DNA of 64,000 bases, from positions 1 to 64,000 of the forward strand of contig JANLSU010000029.1 in the NCBI GenBank assembly GCA_031362565.1, given 5' to 3'. The notes under the pieces are model-generated. The model saw only the letters and a program-made list of their open reading frames with translations, made no database searches and was not told the DNA's origin. Origin of the DNA: a bacterium (GTDB taxonomy: Bacteria; Krumholzibacteriota; Krumholzibacteriia; G020349025). Numbering within the stretch: the stretch's first letter is position 1; each line of letters begins with the position of its first letter. A program made the position numbers and the translations under genes. Of this stretch, positions 27,846-37,539 are shown in pieces.

Positions 27846-28814
27846 ATGCGCAGCCTGCCGGTAGACGGTTTTTTTGCCGAAAAGCGCGACGTCTACGAAC
27901 TGGACCTTTTGACCCAGACCGCCGCCTCGGCGCGCCCGATCACGCTGCGGGAGATCAACCGCCCCGGCATGTGCTTGGCCGGCTTTACCGGCAATTTCCT
28001 GCACGAGCGTATCCAGATCCTCGGTGAGACCGAAATCCACTACTTGAGCACCCTGACCCTCGCCGACGCGCAGGGGGCGATCGACCGGCTGTTCCAGTTT
28101 CCGCTCGTTTGCATCATCGTCTGCAAGCGGCTCGACCCGCCGCCGAATCTCGTGCAGCAGGCCAACGAGCACGCGGTGCCGGTTTTCCGGACGCCGCAGT
28201 CGACGACGCCGTTCATCCATTCGCTGACCGAGTACCTGACGGTGTATTTCGCGCCGCGTGAAGCCGAGCACGCATCGCTCGTCGATGTGTACGGCGTTGG
28301 CCTGCTGTTCATGGGCCGCAGCGGCATCGGCAAAAGCGAGACGGCGCTCGATCTGGTGGAACGCGGCCATCGTCTGGTTGCGGACGATGTCGTCGAGGTG
28401 TTTCGCAAGGGCGAGGGCGTGCTGATCGGCCGCGGCCGCAAGTTACTGGAACATTGCATGGAGATTCGCGGCATCGGCGTCATCGATGTGCGCGAGATCT
28501 TCGGGATTCGCGCCATTCGCATTCAGAAGCGGGTCGAGGTCATCGTGCGTCTCGAGGAATGGCGCGAAGACCGCGAATACGACCGGCATGGGCTCGAACG
28601 CGAGACGACGGCGATCCTGGGAGTCGAAATCCCGACCGTCGTGATTCCGATCTTCCCGGGTAAGAACATCACCGTTCTGGCCGAGGTCGTCGCGCTGGAT
28701 CACATGCTGCGGACGTACGGATTCAATGCCGCCGAAAATCTCCAGCAGCGCATCCTCGAGAGTTCGAAGATGCGCGTTCACCTCGAAGAATATTTGCAGA
28801 ACGACGAGGAATAA
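27846..28814 (+). CDS. hprK: HPr(Ser) kinase/phosphatase
   Basis: INRPG..LAGF, RIQILGETE, GRSGIGKSETALDLVERGHRLVADD, EIRGIG. Confidence 0.97.
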   Translation: MRSLPVDGFFAEKRDVYELDLLTQTAASARPITLREINRPGMCLAGFTGNFLHERIQILGETEIHYLSTLTLADAQGAIDRLFQFPLVCIIVCKRLDPPPNLVQQANEHAVPVFRTPQSTTPFIHSLTEYLTVYFAPREAEHASLVDVYGVGLLFMGRSGIGKSETALDLVERGHRLVADDVVEVFRKGEGVLIGRGRKLLEHCMEIRGIGVIDVREIFGIRAIRIQKRVEVIVRLEEWREDREYDRHGLERETTAILGVEIPTVVIPIFPGKNITVLAEVVALDHMLRTYGFNAAENLQQRILESSKMRVHLEEYLQNDEE

Positions 28815-28818
28815 CGCT

Positions 28819-29208
28819 TTGCTTTCCGGCGTGATCGTCACCCATGCGGGTCTTGCAGAGGCCCTGCGCGCTGCGGCGGCGCACATCGCCGGCGATGTCA
28901 CCGGCGTCGACGTGGTGTCGAACGACGGCCTGTCGGCGGAGGAACTGCGGGTGCGCGTGCGTGCGGCGCTCGAGCGCGCGAGTTCCGCCGGCAACGACGG
29001 CAGCATCGTGTTCACCGACATGGGCGGCGGCAGTTGTGCGACAGCCTGCCAGTCGGTCTTGCGCGATTTTCCAGCGACCCGCCTCGTGACCGGTGTCAAC
29101 CTGCCGATGCTCGTGGACTTCGTCCTGCGCCGCGCCGATCTGGATTCCGACGCCATGGTGCAACGGTTGCTCCAGCGCGGCGTGTCCTCCATCCAGGAGA
29201 TCCGGTGA
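28819..29208 (+). CDS. PTS mannose/fructose/sorbose-type EIIA
   Basis: VIVTH (phospho-His), FTDMGGGS, TGVNLPML. TTG start after GAGGA. Confidence 0.9.
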   Translation: MLSGVIVTHAGLAEALRAAAAHIAGDVTGVDVVSNDGLSAEELRVRVRAALERASSAGNDGSIVFTDMGGGSCATACQSVLRDFPATRLVTGVNLPMLVDFVLRRADLDSDAMVQRLLQRGVSSIQEIR

Positions 29209-29696
29209 CGGCTCCCGCCACTGATCGTTGGCTGCGAATCGACGACCGCCTCCTGCACGGGCAAGTGCTGTTGGCGTGGGCGTCGGCGTTGCATCCGGAG
29301 CGCATCATTTTGGCGAGCGATGCGGTGGCCGGCGATCCGGAGCGCCGGAGTTTGTACGGCGAGCTGCCGCACGAGGACTTCGCGATCGACGTGTGCACGC
29401 TGGCGGAAGCCGCTCGGGCGTTGGCGAATCAGGGGCGGGTGTTCGCGGTCTGCGCCAGCCCCGCCGAGGCGCTCAGCATCGTCGATCTGGGGGCGCCGCT
29501 GTCGACGGTCATCGTCGGCGGCATGCACCGTTCGGGAGCCAAGAAGCGTTTGCTGGACTACGTGTACTTGTCGCCGGAGGATGCGGCGTCTTTGCAGGCG
29601 CTCCTGGACCGCGGCGTGCGCGTCGAGGCGCGCGATCTGCCGGGGAGCCGCGGCGTGGTGTTGGATGCGGCGGCGCTGGCTGCCGTGTGGGGCTGA
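29205..29696 (+). CDS. PTS mannose-type EIIB
   Basis: RIDDRLLHGQV active-site motif, VGGMH, VYLS..D. GTGA overlap with EIIA. Confidence 0.92.
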   Translation: MTAPATDRWLRIDDRLLHGQVLLAWASALHPERIILASDAVAGDPERRSLYGELPHEDFAIDVCTLAEAARALANQGRVFAVCASPAEALSIVDLGAPLSTVIVGGMHRSGAKKRLLDYVYLSPEDAASLQALLDRGVRVEARDLPGSRGVVLDAAALAAVWG

Positions 29697-29707
29697 AGGG
29701 GAGCGGA

Positions 29708-31861
29708 ATGCCGTCCATCGATCTCGTGCTCGCGGCGCACAACCACCAGCCGGTGGGCAACTTCGACCACGTCATCGAAGACGCGTACCAGCGCGCCTAC
29801 CGGCCGTTCCTCGAGGTGTTGGCACGCCATCCCGCGGTGCGGTTTTCGCTCCATCAGCCGGGCATCCTGTGGGAATGGCTCGAGGCGCGGCATCCGGAAT
29901 ACCTGCGCCAGGTCGAAAGCCTCGTGCAACGCGGCCAGGTCGAATTGCTTTCCGGCGGCTACTACGAGCCGATCTTGTCGGTGATTCCGGCCCGCGACCG
30001 CCGCGGCCAGCTCGAAAAACTGAACGCTTGGCTCGAACGGCGTTTTGGCGTCCGGCCGCGCGGTGCTTGGCTCGCGGAGCGCGTCTGGGAACCACATCTC
30101 GCGCAGACCCTGGCCGAAACCGGCCTGCAGTTCACGATTCTCGATGATTCACATTTCAAGAGCGCCGGCATTCCCGAGAGCCAGCTCGACGGTTACTACG
30201 TCACCGAAGAGGATGGCTTGGTGCTGCGGGTGTTTCCCATCAGCCAGAAACTGCGCTATCTCATTCCTTTCGCGCCGCCCGAGGACACGATCGCCCTGCT
30301 GAGACTCGCCTCCGAGGCGCCGTCGCGCGCCGAAGCGCCGGTTCTCGTCCTTGCCGACGACGGCGAAAAATTCGGCCTGTGGAGTTCGACGTTTGCGTTG
30401 TGCTACGAGCAGGGGTGGCTCGAGCGGTTTTTTCTCGCTCTCGAAGCCAATGCCGATTGGCTGCGCACCCGCACCTTTTCCGAGGTCATGGATCGCACCG
30501 CACCGCGCGGCCGCACGTATTTGCCGACCGCGTCCTACGCCGAGATGATGGAGTGGGCGCTGCCCCCGGCGGCGCAACGCGCCTTGCACCAGGCGATGAT
30601 ACGTGTCGCAGGCGCCGCCGACTCGCCGCACGCCAACGACGCTGAACTGAAAATCTTCGTGCGCGGCGGCTTCTGGCGCAACTTCCTCGCCAAGTACCCC
30701 GAAAGCAATTGGATGCACAAGCGCATGCTGGATGTCAGCCGGCGGGTCGCGGCGTATGGCGAGCGCTGGGGCGCCGATCACGCCGGGGTGCGCCAGGCGC
30801 GCGAGGCGCTGTGGAAGAGCCAGTGCAATTGCGCCTATTGGCACGGGCTGTTCGGCGGTCTCTATCTGCCGCACTTGCGCGGCGCCGTCTATGAACAGAT
30901 TCTTGGCGCCGAGGCGGCGCTCGAAAGCATCGAACCATTGCCGGCACTCGAGATCCTGGACATCGATGCCGACGAACGCCTGGAGATCATCCTGCGCACG
31001 CCATCGTTGCAGGCGATCCTGGATCCGGACGAAGGCGGCGCGGTCTTCGAACTCGATGACCGCCGAAAGCCGTTCAATCTGCTCGACACGATGGCGCGCC
31101 GCGAAGAGGCGTACCACGACCGGCTGCGCAGCCTTGGCGCGCCCGCCGCGGCCGCGGCCGCCCACTCCGAAGGCGGCGCAGTCAGCATTCACGACGTCGT
31201 CTCGGTGAAGGAAGCGGGCCTCGAGGCGCGCTTGTTCCAGGACGTGTACCGGCGCGGCAGCTTGATCGATCACGCCCTCGCTTCGGAAGTGCAATTCGAG
31301 CAATTCGTCGCCGCGACCTTGCCGGAGGTCGCCGATCTGGCCGGGGCGCGCTACGTGTGGACCCAGGAGGACGAGGGCGTGCGTCTCGAACGCACCACGC
31401 CGCTCCTTGTTCCCGGCACGCCGCGCCTGCACGTCGTGAAGCGCATTCGGTTGGCGGGGGACACGTTGTCGGCGGACTACGAACTGGTCGTGGATGGTCC
31501 CGAGCCGGCCGAGTTCACTTTCGGAGTGGAACTCGCGGTCAACTTCCAAGCCGGGGACGCGCCCGATCGTTATTTCGAGGTGCCGGGCCGGGTCCTCGAA
31601 GACCGGCGCTTGGTGAGCGCCGGCGCGCTCGACGCCGTCCAACGTGTCGACTTGGTGGATGAGTGGCTCAAGCTCCGCGCCTGCCTCGAGACGCGCGGCG
31701 CGGCGCGCGTCTGGCGCATGCCGATCGAAACGGTGTCGAATTCGGAGAGCGGCTTCGAACGCGTGTTCCAGGGATCGGCCGTGATGTTCCAGTGGCCGTT
31801 GCATCTCGAGCCGGGCAGGCCATGGACGGTGCGCGTCGTGCAGCGCGTCGAACGATGGTGA
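29708..31861 (+). CDS. GH57 alpha-amylase/4-alpha-glucanotransferase (DUF1925/DUF1926 architecture)
   Basis: HNHQPVGN, GGYYEPIL, WLAERVWEP (nucleophile Glu), DDGEKFG (acid/base Asp), QCNCAYWHGLFGGLYLPHLR, TVSNSESGFERVFQG. Confidence 0.95.
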   Translation: MPSIDLVLAAHNHQPVGNFDHVIEDAYQRAYRPFLEVLARHPAVRFSLHQPGILWEWLEARHPEYLRQVESLVQRGQVELLSGGYYEPILSVIPARDRRGQLEKLNAWLERRFGVRPRGAWLAERVWEPHLAQTLAETGLQFTILDDSHFKSAGIPESQLDGYYVTEEDGLVLRVFPISQKLRYLIPFAPPEDTIALLRLASEAPSRAEAPVLVLADDGEKFGLWSSTFALCYEQGWLERFFLALEANADWLRTRTFSEVMDRTAPRGRTYLPTASYAEMMEWALPPAAQRALHQAMIRVAGAADSPHANDAELKIFVRGGFWRNFLAKYPESNWMHKRMLDVSRRVAAYGERWGADHAGVRQAREALWKSQCNCAYWHGLFGGLYLPHLRGAVYEQILGAEAALESIEPLPALEILDIDADERLEIILRTPSLQAILDPDEGGAVFELDDRRKPFNLLDTMARREEAYHDRLRSLGAPAAAAAAHSEGGAVSIHDVVSVKEAGLEARLFQDVYRRGSLIDHALASEVQFEQFVAATLPEVADLAGARYVWTQEDEGVRLERTTPLLVPGTPRLHVVKRIRLAGDTLSADYELVVDGPEPAEFTFGVELAVNFQAGDAPDRYFEVPGRVLEDRRLVSAGALDAVQRVDLVDEWLKLRACLETRGAARVWRMPIETVSNSESGFERVFQGSAVMFQWPLHLEPGRPWTVRVVQRVERW

Positions 31862-32535
31862 GTGAAGTGCCGGCATTCGGATGGACGGTGCTCGCCGGCG
31901 CGGTGCTGGCGCTCGACGATGCGGCTGGGGTGTCGTTGCTGATTTCCGAACCAGTCTTTGCGGGCGCCGTGTTTGGCCTGCTCTCCGGGCGCTTCGCGGC
32001 CGGTGTGGCGGCCGGTGCTCTCCTGCAATGCCTGTCGATGGTGACGCTGCGAGTTGGCGGGGCGCGGGCCCCGGAAGGCTGGCTGGGCGCCGCCGCGGCG
32101 GTCGCGGCGCTGCCGCCGGAGGTGTCGTTCGACGGCTTGGACTGGCTCTCGGCTGCATCGCTCACCGGTCCGGTCGCGGCCGGCATCGTTGCCGCGTTCC
32201 TGGGGCGCGCTCTCCGCGACTTCCAACGGCGGATCGTGGCGTTGTGCGCCGGCGGCGCCATCGAGCGCGCGGCGGCCGGCGATGCGAGTGCCGCAACACG
32301 CCTGCACGTGGCGGCGATTGGCGCTCATGCGGTACGCGGCGCCGCGTCGGTCGCGGTGGTGTTCGCGATGGCTCCACGCTTCGCCGCGTTGGTGACCGCG
32401 GCGGTGCCCGACGTCCGCGGCGGCTGGATCGCGCTCGGCATTGGCATCGTGGCGCTCGGCCGCGTGGCGCCAAGTCGCCGGCGCTGGACTTGGGTGGCCG
32501 GAGCGGCCCTTGGCGCTCTCTGGGTTCTTTCGTAA
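31855..32535 (+). CDS. PTS mannose-type EIIC (divergent)
   Basis: Hydrophobic, with LALDD...ISEPVFAG and GALLQ...VGGARAPE matching EIIC-Man motifs. Lies directly before EIID. Confidence 0.75.
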   Translation: MVSEVPAFGWTVLAGAVLALDDAAGVSLLISEPVFAGAVFGLLSGRFAAGVAAGALLQCLSMVTLRVGGARAPEGWLGAAAAVAALPPEVSFDGLDWLSAASLTGPVAAGIVAAFLGRALRDFQRRIVALCAGGAIERAAAGDASAATRLHVAAIGAHAVRGAASVAVVFAMAPRFAALVTAAVPDVRGGWIALGIGIVALGRVAPSRRRWTWVAGAALGALWVLS

Positions 32536-32548
32536 GGCGGACCTGAAG

Positions 32549-33274
32549 GTGAAGCGAGATCTTTGGCCGGTGTTCTGGCGCGGCTGGACGCTCGATGCGT
32601 CGTGGCATGCGGAGCGTATGCAAGCGCTCGGTGTGTTGTTCGCGCTGCGGCCGCTGCTCGAGCGCAATATCGAACGCGGTGTAGCGCTCGAACGGCACAC
32701 CGCGCCCTTCAACGCCAACACGTGGATGGCGCCGGCGCTCTTGGCGGCAATGGCGCGCCTCGAGTCGGAACGCCGCGGCGCGGAAGCGGTGCGGATGCGC
32801 GACATCGTCTCGCCGGTGTTGTCGGGGATCGGCGATATTTTCGTCTGGAGCCGTTGCCGTCCGGCGTGCTTGGTTCTGGCAGTGACCGGCGTGCTGGTGG
32901 GTTCGCCGGTCGTGGGCCTGCTCACGGCGCTCGGTGTGTACATTGCCGTGCTCGCCGTCCATACGTGGCACGGGTTTGCGGCCGGCGCCGCGGCCGGAGC
33001 CGACCTGGCGCGCAAGCTGCCGGCGTTGCAGCCATCCCGCGCCGTCGCCCGAGCCGCGCACGTCATCCTTGGACTCGCGACAGGTGCTTGGTGCGTTGCG
33101 GGCGGTATCCATGCGTGGCGCGTCGCGCCCAGCGCGGCTTTCCTTCTCTCGGGCGCCCTCGCCGTGGGTTACACTGCCAGCAAACGCCAGCTGCCCGCCG
33201 GGCTTGTGTTCTTGGGAATCGTCGCCTTCTTGGGCGTCCTGCGCTTGTTTCACAGCCCGGCCGGGTTGCCATGA
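32549..33274 (+). CDS. PTS mannose-type EIID (divergent)
   Basis: ASWHAERMQALG, RHTAPFN and PVLSGIGDIFVW...RP motifs of EIID-Man. Confidence 0.85.
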   Translation: MKRDLWPVFWRGWTLDASWHAERMQALGVLFALRPLLERNIERGVALERHTAPFNANTWMAPALLAAMARLESERRGAEAVRMRDIVSPVLSGIGDIFVWSRCRPACLVLAVTGVLVGSPVVGLLTALGVYIAVLAVHTWHGFAAGAAAGADLARKLPALQPSRAVARAAHVILGLATGAWCVAGGIHAWRVAPSAAFLLSGALAVGYTASKRQLPAGLVFLGIVAFLGVLRLFHSPAGLP

Positions 33275-33537
33275 CACGGCGTGAAGTGACGATACGAAAT
33301 GAACTGGGCATGCACTTGCGTTCAGCCGGTGCCTTCGTGCGCATCGCGGCCAAGTTCAAGGCGCAGATTCGTGTCGCGACTCCCGAAGTCGGCGCGGTGG
33401 ATGGCAAGAGCATCCTCGGCTTGGTGACGCTGGGAGCGTCGCGCGGCTGTGCGCTGTTCATCACCGCCGACGGTCCGGATGAGGTCGAAGCCGCCGACGC
33501 ACTCGCGGCACTGGTCAACGATGGGTTCGGGGAGTAA
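33271..33537 (+). CDS. ptsH: Phosphocarrier protein HPr
   Basis: NELGMHLRSA (His15), DGKSILG (regulatory Ser), GPDE..A, GFGE end. ATGA overlap. Confidence 0.95.
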   Translation: MTRREVTIRNELGMHLRSAGAFVRIAAKFKAQIRVATPEVGAVDGKSILGLVTLGASRGCALFITADGPDEVEAADALAALVNDGFGE

Positions 33538-33541
33538 GCCG

Positions 33542-35308
33542 ATGTCGAATGAACTGCGATTGCGCGGCGTCGCTGTTTCCCCGGGCATCGTGCTGGGCAA
33601 AGCCTACGTGCGGCAACCCGAAGAAGTCGTCGTTCCGAACTTCGTGGTCGACGCCTCGAAAGTCGAAGCCGAGATCCAGCGTCTGCATGCCGCGCTCCGC
33701 CAGACGCGCGAAGGAATCGAGGCGACGCGCCAGCAGCTCGCCGACCGCATGGGCGAAGACCATGCCGAGATCTTCGACGCCCATCTGCTCATTCTCGAAG
33801 ATACGAAGGCCATCGAGGACACCGAGCAACTCATTCGCGACAGCCTCATGTGCGCCGAATTCGCCTTCAATCGCGTCATCGGCCGGATTCTGGAATCGTT
33901 CGAGAGCATCGGCGATGCGTACCTGAAGGAGCGCCGCACCGATATCCAGGACGTGCGCCGGCGCGTGCTCCGCAATCTCACCGGCCAGGAATTGCAGGCC
34001 TTCGGCGCGCCGAACGAGGAATCGGCGATCGTCGCGCACGATGTGTCGCCATCCGACACGGCGATGATCGACCGCCGCTTCGTCTTGGCGATCGCCACCG
34101 ATCTGGGCGGCCGCACCTCGCACGCCGCCATCCTGGCGCGCAGCTACGGCATCGCCTGCGTCGTCGGCGTCGACGGCCTGTCGGCACAGGCGGTGCACGG
34201 CGATCAGATCATCGTCGACGGCAATCAGGGTGTCGTCATCTTGCGGCCCACGGCAGAGACGGTGCGCGAATACGAACACGCCCGCCAGCGTTTCATCGAG
34301 CTCGAGCGCCAGTTGCTGACCCTGAAGGAATTTCCGGCCATCACCCTCGACGGGCGCACGATCGAACTGTCGGCGAACATCAAATCGCCGGACGAGACCA
34401 CGACCGCAATCGCCAAAGGCGCCAAGGGGATCGGGCTGTACCGTACCGAGTACCTGTTCCTGATGCGTGGCGACCTGCCGTCGGAAGACGAACAAGTGGA
34501 TGCCTACACGCGCGTCATGCGCGACATGGCGCCCGAGACGGTCATCTTTCGCACCCTCGACATTGGCGGCGACAAGTTCGCCAGCTATCTCGGCCCCGGC
34601 CACAGCGAGCTGAACCCTTTTCTGGGCTGGCGCGGCATCCGTTTCTTGCTGACGCGGCACGATATCTTTCGCACCCAGTTGCGGGCGTTCTTCCGGGCCT
34701 CGGCCGGTGGCAAGCTCAAGATCATGTTCCCGATGATCACCGGGCTCGAAGAAGTCCGGGCCGCGACCGCGCTCGTGGAGGAAGTGAAGCGTGACCTCAC
34801 CGAGGAAGGTTACGCATTCGATGCGACCGCCGAGATTGGAGTCATGATCGAAACGCCGGCCGCGGTCGCGATTGCCGATTTGCTGGCCCGCGAGACCGAT
34901 TTCTTCAGCATTGGATCGAACGACCTGATCCAGTATACGCTGGCGGTCGACCGCGGCAATGCGCGCATCAGCTATCTCTACGAGCCGATGCATCCGAGCA
35001 TCCTGCGCCTGATTCGCAATACCGTCGAAGCGGGGCACGCCCACGACATCTGGGTCGGCATGTGCGGCGAAGTGGCCGGCGACCCGCTCTACAGCGTTCT
35101 CTTGGTCGGCTTGGGGCTCGACGAATTGTCGATCAGTGCGTACATGATTCCGGAAGTCAAACGCATCATTCGCAGCATCACCTACGACGAAGCGAAGATG
35201 CTGGTGAAAAAAGCCATGGGACTGTCCACCGCGGCCGAAATCCGCCGCCTGGTGCACGGTGTCATGCACGAACGTTTCCCCGATCTGGTGGCGGAGGACC
35301 GGCCATGA
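33542..35308 (+). CDS. ptsI: Phosphoenolpyruvate-protein phosphotransferase (PTS enzyme I)
   Basis: GGRTSHAAI phospho-His, GIGLYRTE, RTLDIGGDK, NPFLGWRGIR, FSIGSNDLIQY, GMCGE. Confidence 0.97.
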   Translation: MSNELRLRGVAVSPGIVLGKAYVRQPEEVVVPNFVVDASKVEAEIQRLHAALRQTREGIEATRQQLADRMGEDHAEIFDAHLLILEDTKAIEDTEQLIRDSLMCAEFAFNRVIGRILESFESIGDAYLKERRTDIQDVRRRVLRNLTGQELQAFGAPNEESAIVAHDVSPSDTAMIDRRFVLAIATDLGGRTSHAAILARSYGIACVVGVDGLSAQAVHGDQIIVDGNQGVVILRPTAETVREYEHARQRFIELERQLLTLKEFPAITLDGRTIELSANIKSPDETTTAIAKGAKGIGLYRTEYLFLMRGDLPSEDEQVDAYTRVMRDMAPETVIFRTLDIGGDKFASYLGPGHSELNPFLGWRGIRFLLTRHDIFRTQLRAFFRASAGGKLKIMFPMITGLEEVRAATALVEEVKRDLTEEGYAFDATAEIGVMIETPAAVAIADLLARETDFFSIGSNDLIQYTLAVDRGNARISYLYEPMHPSILRLIRNTVEAGHAHDIWVGMCGEVAGDPLYSVLLVGLGLDELSISAYMIPEVKRIIRSITYDEAKMLVKKAMGLSTAAEIRRLVHGVMHERFPDLVAEDRP

Positions 35309-36399
35309 ACAACCTCGACGACAGCGGCGCGCTCGCGGCCGCCGACCCAGGCGGCATGATCGGCATGGTCGCGGGCTTGCCCGAGCAGTTGGCGCGCGGC
35401 GCCGTGGTGCGCTCGGCGCTTGGCGCGTCGGCCGGCCCGGTGGCGGCGCCGGTCTCGCGCCCAGTGCTCGTGTGCGGTATGGGCGGCTCGGCGATCGGCG
35501 GCGACATGGCGGCGGCCTGGGCGGCGACGCATGGGGTGCGGGTCGCGGTGCACCGCGGCTATGGGCTCCCGGCTTGGGCCGGGCGTGAAACGCTCGTGCT
35601 CTTCTCGAGTTATTCCGGCAATACCGAGGAAACGTTGTCGGCGTTCGACGCGGCGGCGGCGCACGGCGCCGACCGGCGCTCGTTGGCAACCGGCGGGGCG
35701 CTCGCCGTGCGGGCGCGCGCCGCGGGTGCACCACTCGTCGAAATCCCAAGCGGCGGCCTGCAGCCGCGAGCGGCCCTGGGCCACTCGTTGGTCGCACAGC
35801 TCGTGCAGCTGCACCATGCCGGGGTGCTGCCCGACCCGGTCGCCGATCTCGAACGCAGTGCGGCACATTTGCGAACCCTGGCGGGCCATTACAGTCCCAA
35901 CGTCCCCGAAGCTTCGAACCCAGCGAAGCGTTTAGCGCGGCGCTGGCACGAACACCTGCCGGTCATTTACACGGGCTCCGGATGCATGCAGCCGGTGGGA
36001 GTGCGCTGGCGCGGTCAAATCAACGAGAACGCCAAGAGCCTGGCGGTCGCGTCCGTGCTGCCCGAACTCGACCACAACGAGATCATGGGTTGGACCGCGT
36101 TGCCGGAGGTGCGGCGCCGCGTGGCGCTCGTCTTCCTGCGCGATGCCCAAGACGCCGGTGCGGTCGATCTGCGCATGCGCGTCACGTCCGAAATCCTCGC
36201 ACCGCGGGTGGGCGCCGTCGAGTGGATCGAGTCGGCCGGCGACACGGTGCTCGAGCGCATGCTGGGTGCCGCGTGGCTCGGTGACTGGGCGAGCCTCTAC
36301 CTGGCGTTCCTCTACGGCGTCGATCCGACTCCCGTCGCCGAGATCGACGTCCTGAAAAGCCGTTTGGCGGCAGCGGCCGCCGCCGCTCAGCCAGCCTGA
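35305..36399 (+). CDS. Bifunctional phosphoglucose/phosphomannose isomerase (double SIS)
   Basis: CGMGGSAIGG, SSYSGNTEET, QPRAA, QINENAK, PELDHNEI, GVDPTPV..I..LK. Confidence 0.93.
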   Translation: MNNLDDSGALAAADPGGMIGMVAGLPEQLARGAVVRSALGASAGPVAAPVSRPVLVCGMGGSAIGGDMAAAWAATHGVRVAVHRGYGLPAWAGRETLVLFSSYSGNTEETLSAFDAAAAHGADRRSLATGGALAVRARAAGAPLVEIPSGGLQPRAALGHSLVAQLVQLHHAGVLPDPVADLERSAAHLRTLAGHYSPNVPEASNPAKRLARRWHEHLPVIYTGSGCMQPVGVRWRGQINENAKSLAVASVLPELDHNEIMGWTALPEVRRRVALVFLRDAQDAGAVDLRMRVTSEILAPRVGAVEWIESAGDTVLERMLGAAWLGDWASLYLAFLYGVDPTPVAEIDVLKSRLAAAAAAAQPA

Positions 36400-36534
36400 G
36401 GCCGAGGGTCGGTGGCCGGCCGAGCCGCCTGCCGCCCGCACCACGACATGGCCTGGGTGCCTCCACCATTCGTGGCCGCTCGTGTTAAGCTGTTTCGTTC
36501 GCGTTCGCGTTTGTAACCCACATGGAGGACGTCG

Positions 36535-37506
36535 TTGAAGGCCGTCATTCCGGTGGCGGGCAAAGGCACCCGGTTGCGCCCGCACACGCACACGATTCCG
36601 AAGCCGCTGGTGAATGTGGCGGGGAAGCCCATTTTGGCGCACATCATCGACGACCTGCGCGCCGCAGGGGTCGAGGCGATGGCGTTCGTGGTGGACAGTG
36701 ACACCATTCCCGAGTGGGTGCGCCGGACGTATCCGGATCTCGACGCGACATTCGTTCCGCAGCCCACCCCGGATGGGTTGGGCGGCGCCATTCACCGGAC
36801 CCGTGACTTCGGCGCCGGCGGCCCGCTGCTGATTCTGCTCGGCGACACGATCGTGCGCGCCGATTTCCGCGGCATCGTCGAGCGCGACGCGAATCTCATC
36901 GGCGTCAAGCACGTCGACGATCCGCGCCGCTTCGGCGTCTGTCTCGTCGAAGGCGATCACATCACGGGAATGATCGAAAAACCGGCCACGCCGGTGTCGA
37001 ATCTGGCGGTCGTCGGCATCTATCGCTTCCGGGATGCGACGCCGCTCTACGACGCGCTGGATGAGAACGTCCGCCAAGGGGTGCGGACGCGCGGCGAATT
37101 CCAACTGACCGACGCATTGCAAAAAATGATCGACCGCGGTATCGACATGCGCACCACACCCATCGAGGGCTGGTTCGACTGCGGCACCATCGAGACACTG
37201 CTGGCCACCAACCGGTTCCTGCTCGAAGAGCGTGGCCAGCGCTACGAACGTGCCGGCAACCTGATCGTACCGCCCGTCGCCATTCACGAGACGGCGACGC
37301 TCGTCGATTCGATCGTCGGCCCGCACGTTTCGATCGCACAAGGGGCGCGCGTCGAGCGCTCGATCGTCCGCAATTCGATCATTCACGACGAAGCCACGGT
37401 GGAGAACGCGCTTCTGGACGCCAGCGTCATCGGCAATCGCGCCAGCGTCCTTGGCCGTTCGTCGCGGCTCAATGTCGGCGATTCCACCGAACTCGATTTC
37501 AATTAG
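36535..37506 (+). CDS. Sugar-1-phosphate nucleotidyltransferase with C-terminal left-handed beta-helix
   Basis: AGKGTRLRPHT...PKPL, LGDT, EKP, GEFQLTDAL, WFDCG, hexapeptide repeats. TTG start after GGAGG. Confidence 0.92.
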   Translation: MKAVIPVAGKGTRLRPHTHTIPKPLVNVAGKPILAHIIDDLRAAGVEAMAFVVDSDTIPEWVRRTYPDLDATFVPQPTPDGLGGAIHRTRDFGAGGPLLILLGDTIVRADFRGIVERDANLIGVKHVDDPRRFGVCLVEGDHITGMIEKPATPVSNLAVVGIYRFRDATPLYDALDENVRQGVRTRGEFQLTDALQKMIDRGIDMRTTPIEGWFDCGTIETLLATNRFLLEERGQRYERAGNLIVPPVAIHETATLVDSIVGPHVSIAQGARVERSIVRNSIIHDEATVENALLDASVIGNRASVLGRSSRLNVGDSTELDFN

Positions 37507-37539
37507 TCGCACAGGGCACGAACACAGGAGACAATTGCG

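Noticed and set aside
36400..36470. CTCCACCA resembling a tRNA/tmRNA 3' end or attachment site
   Set aside because: No TTCGA T-loop or acceptor stem upstream and no integrase nearby.
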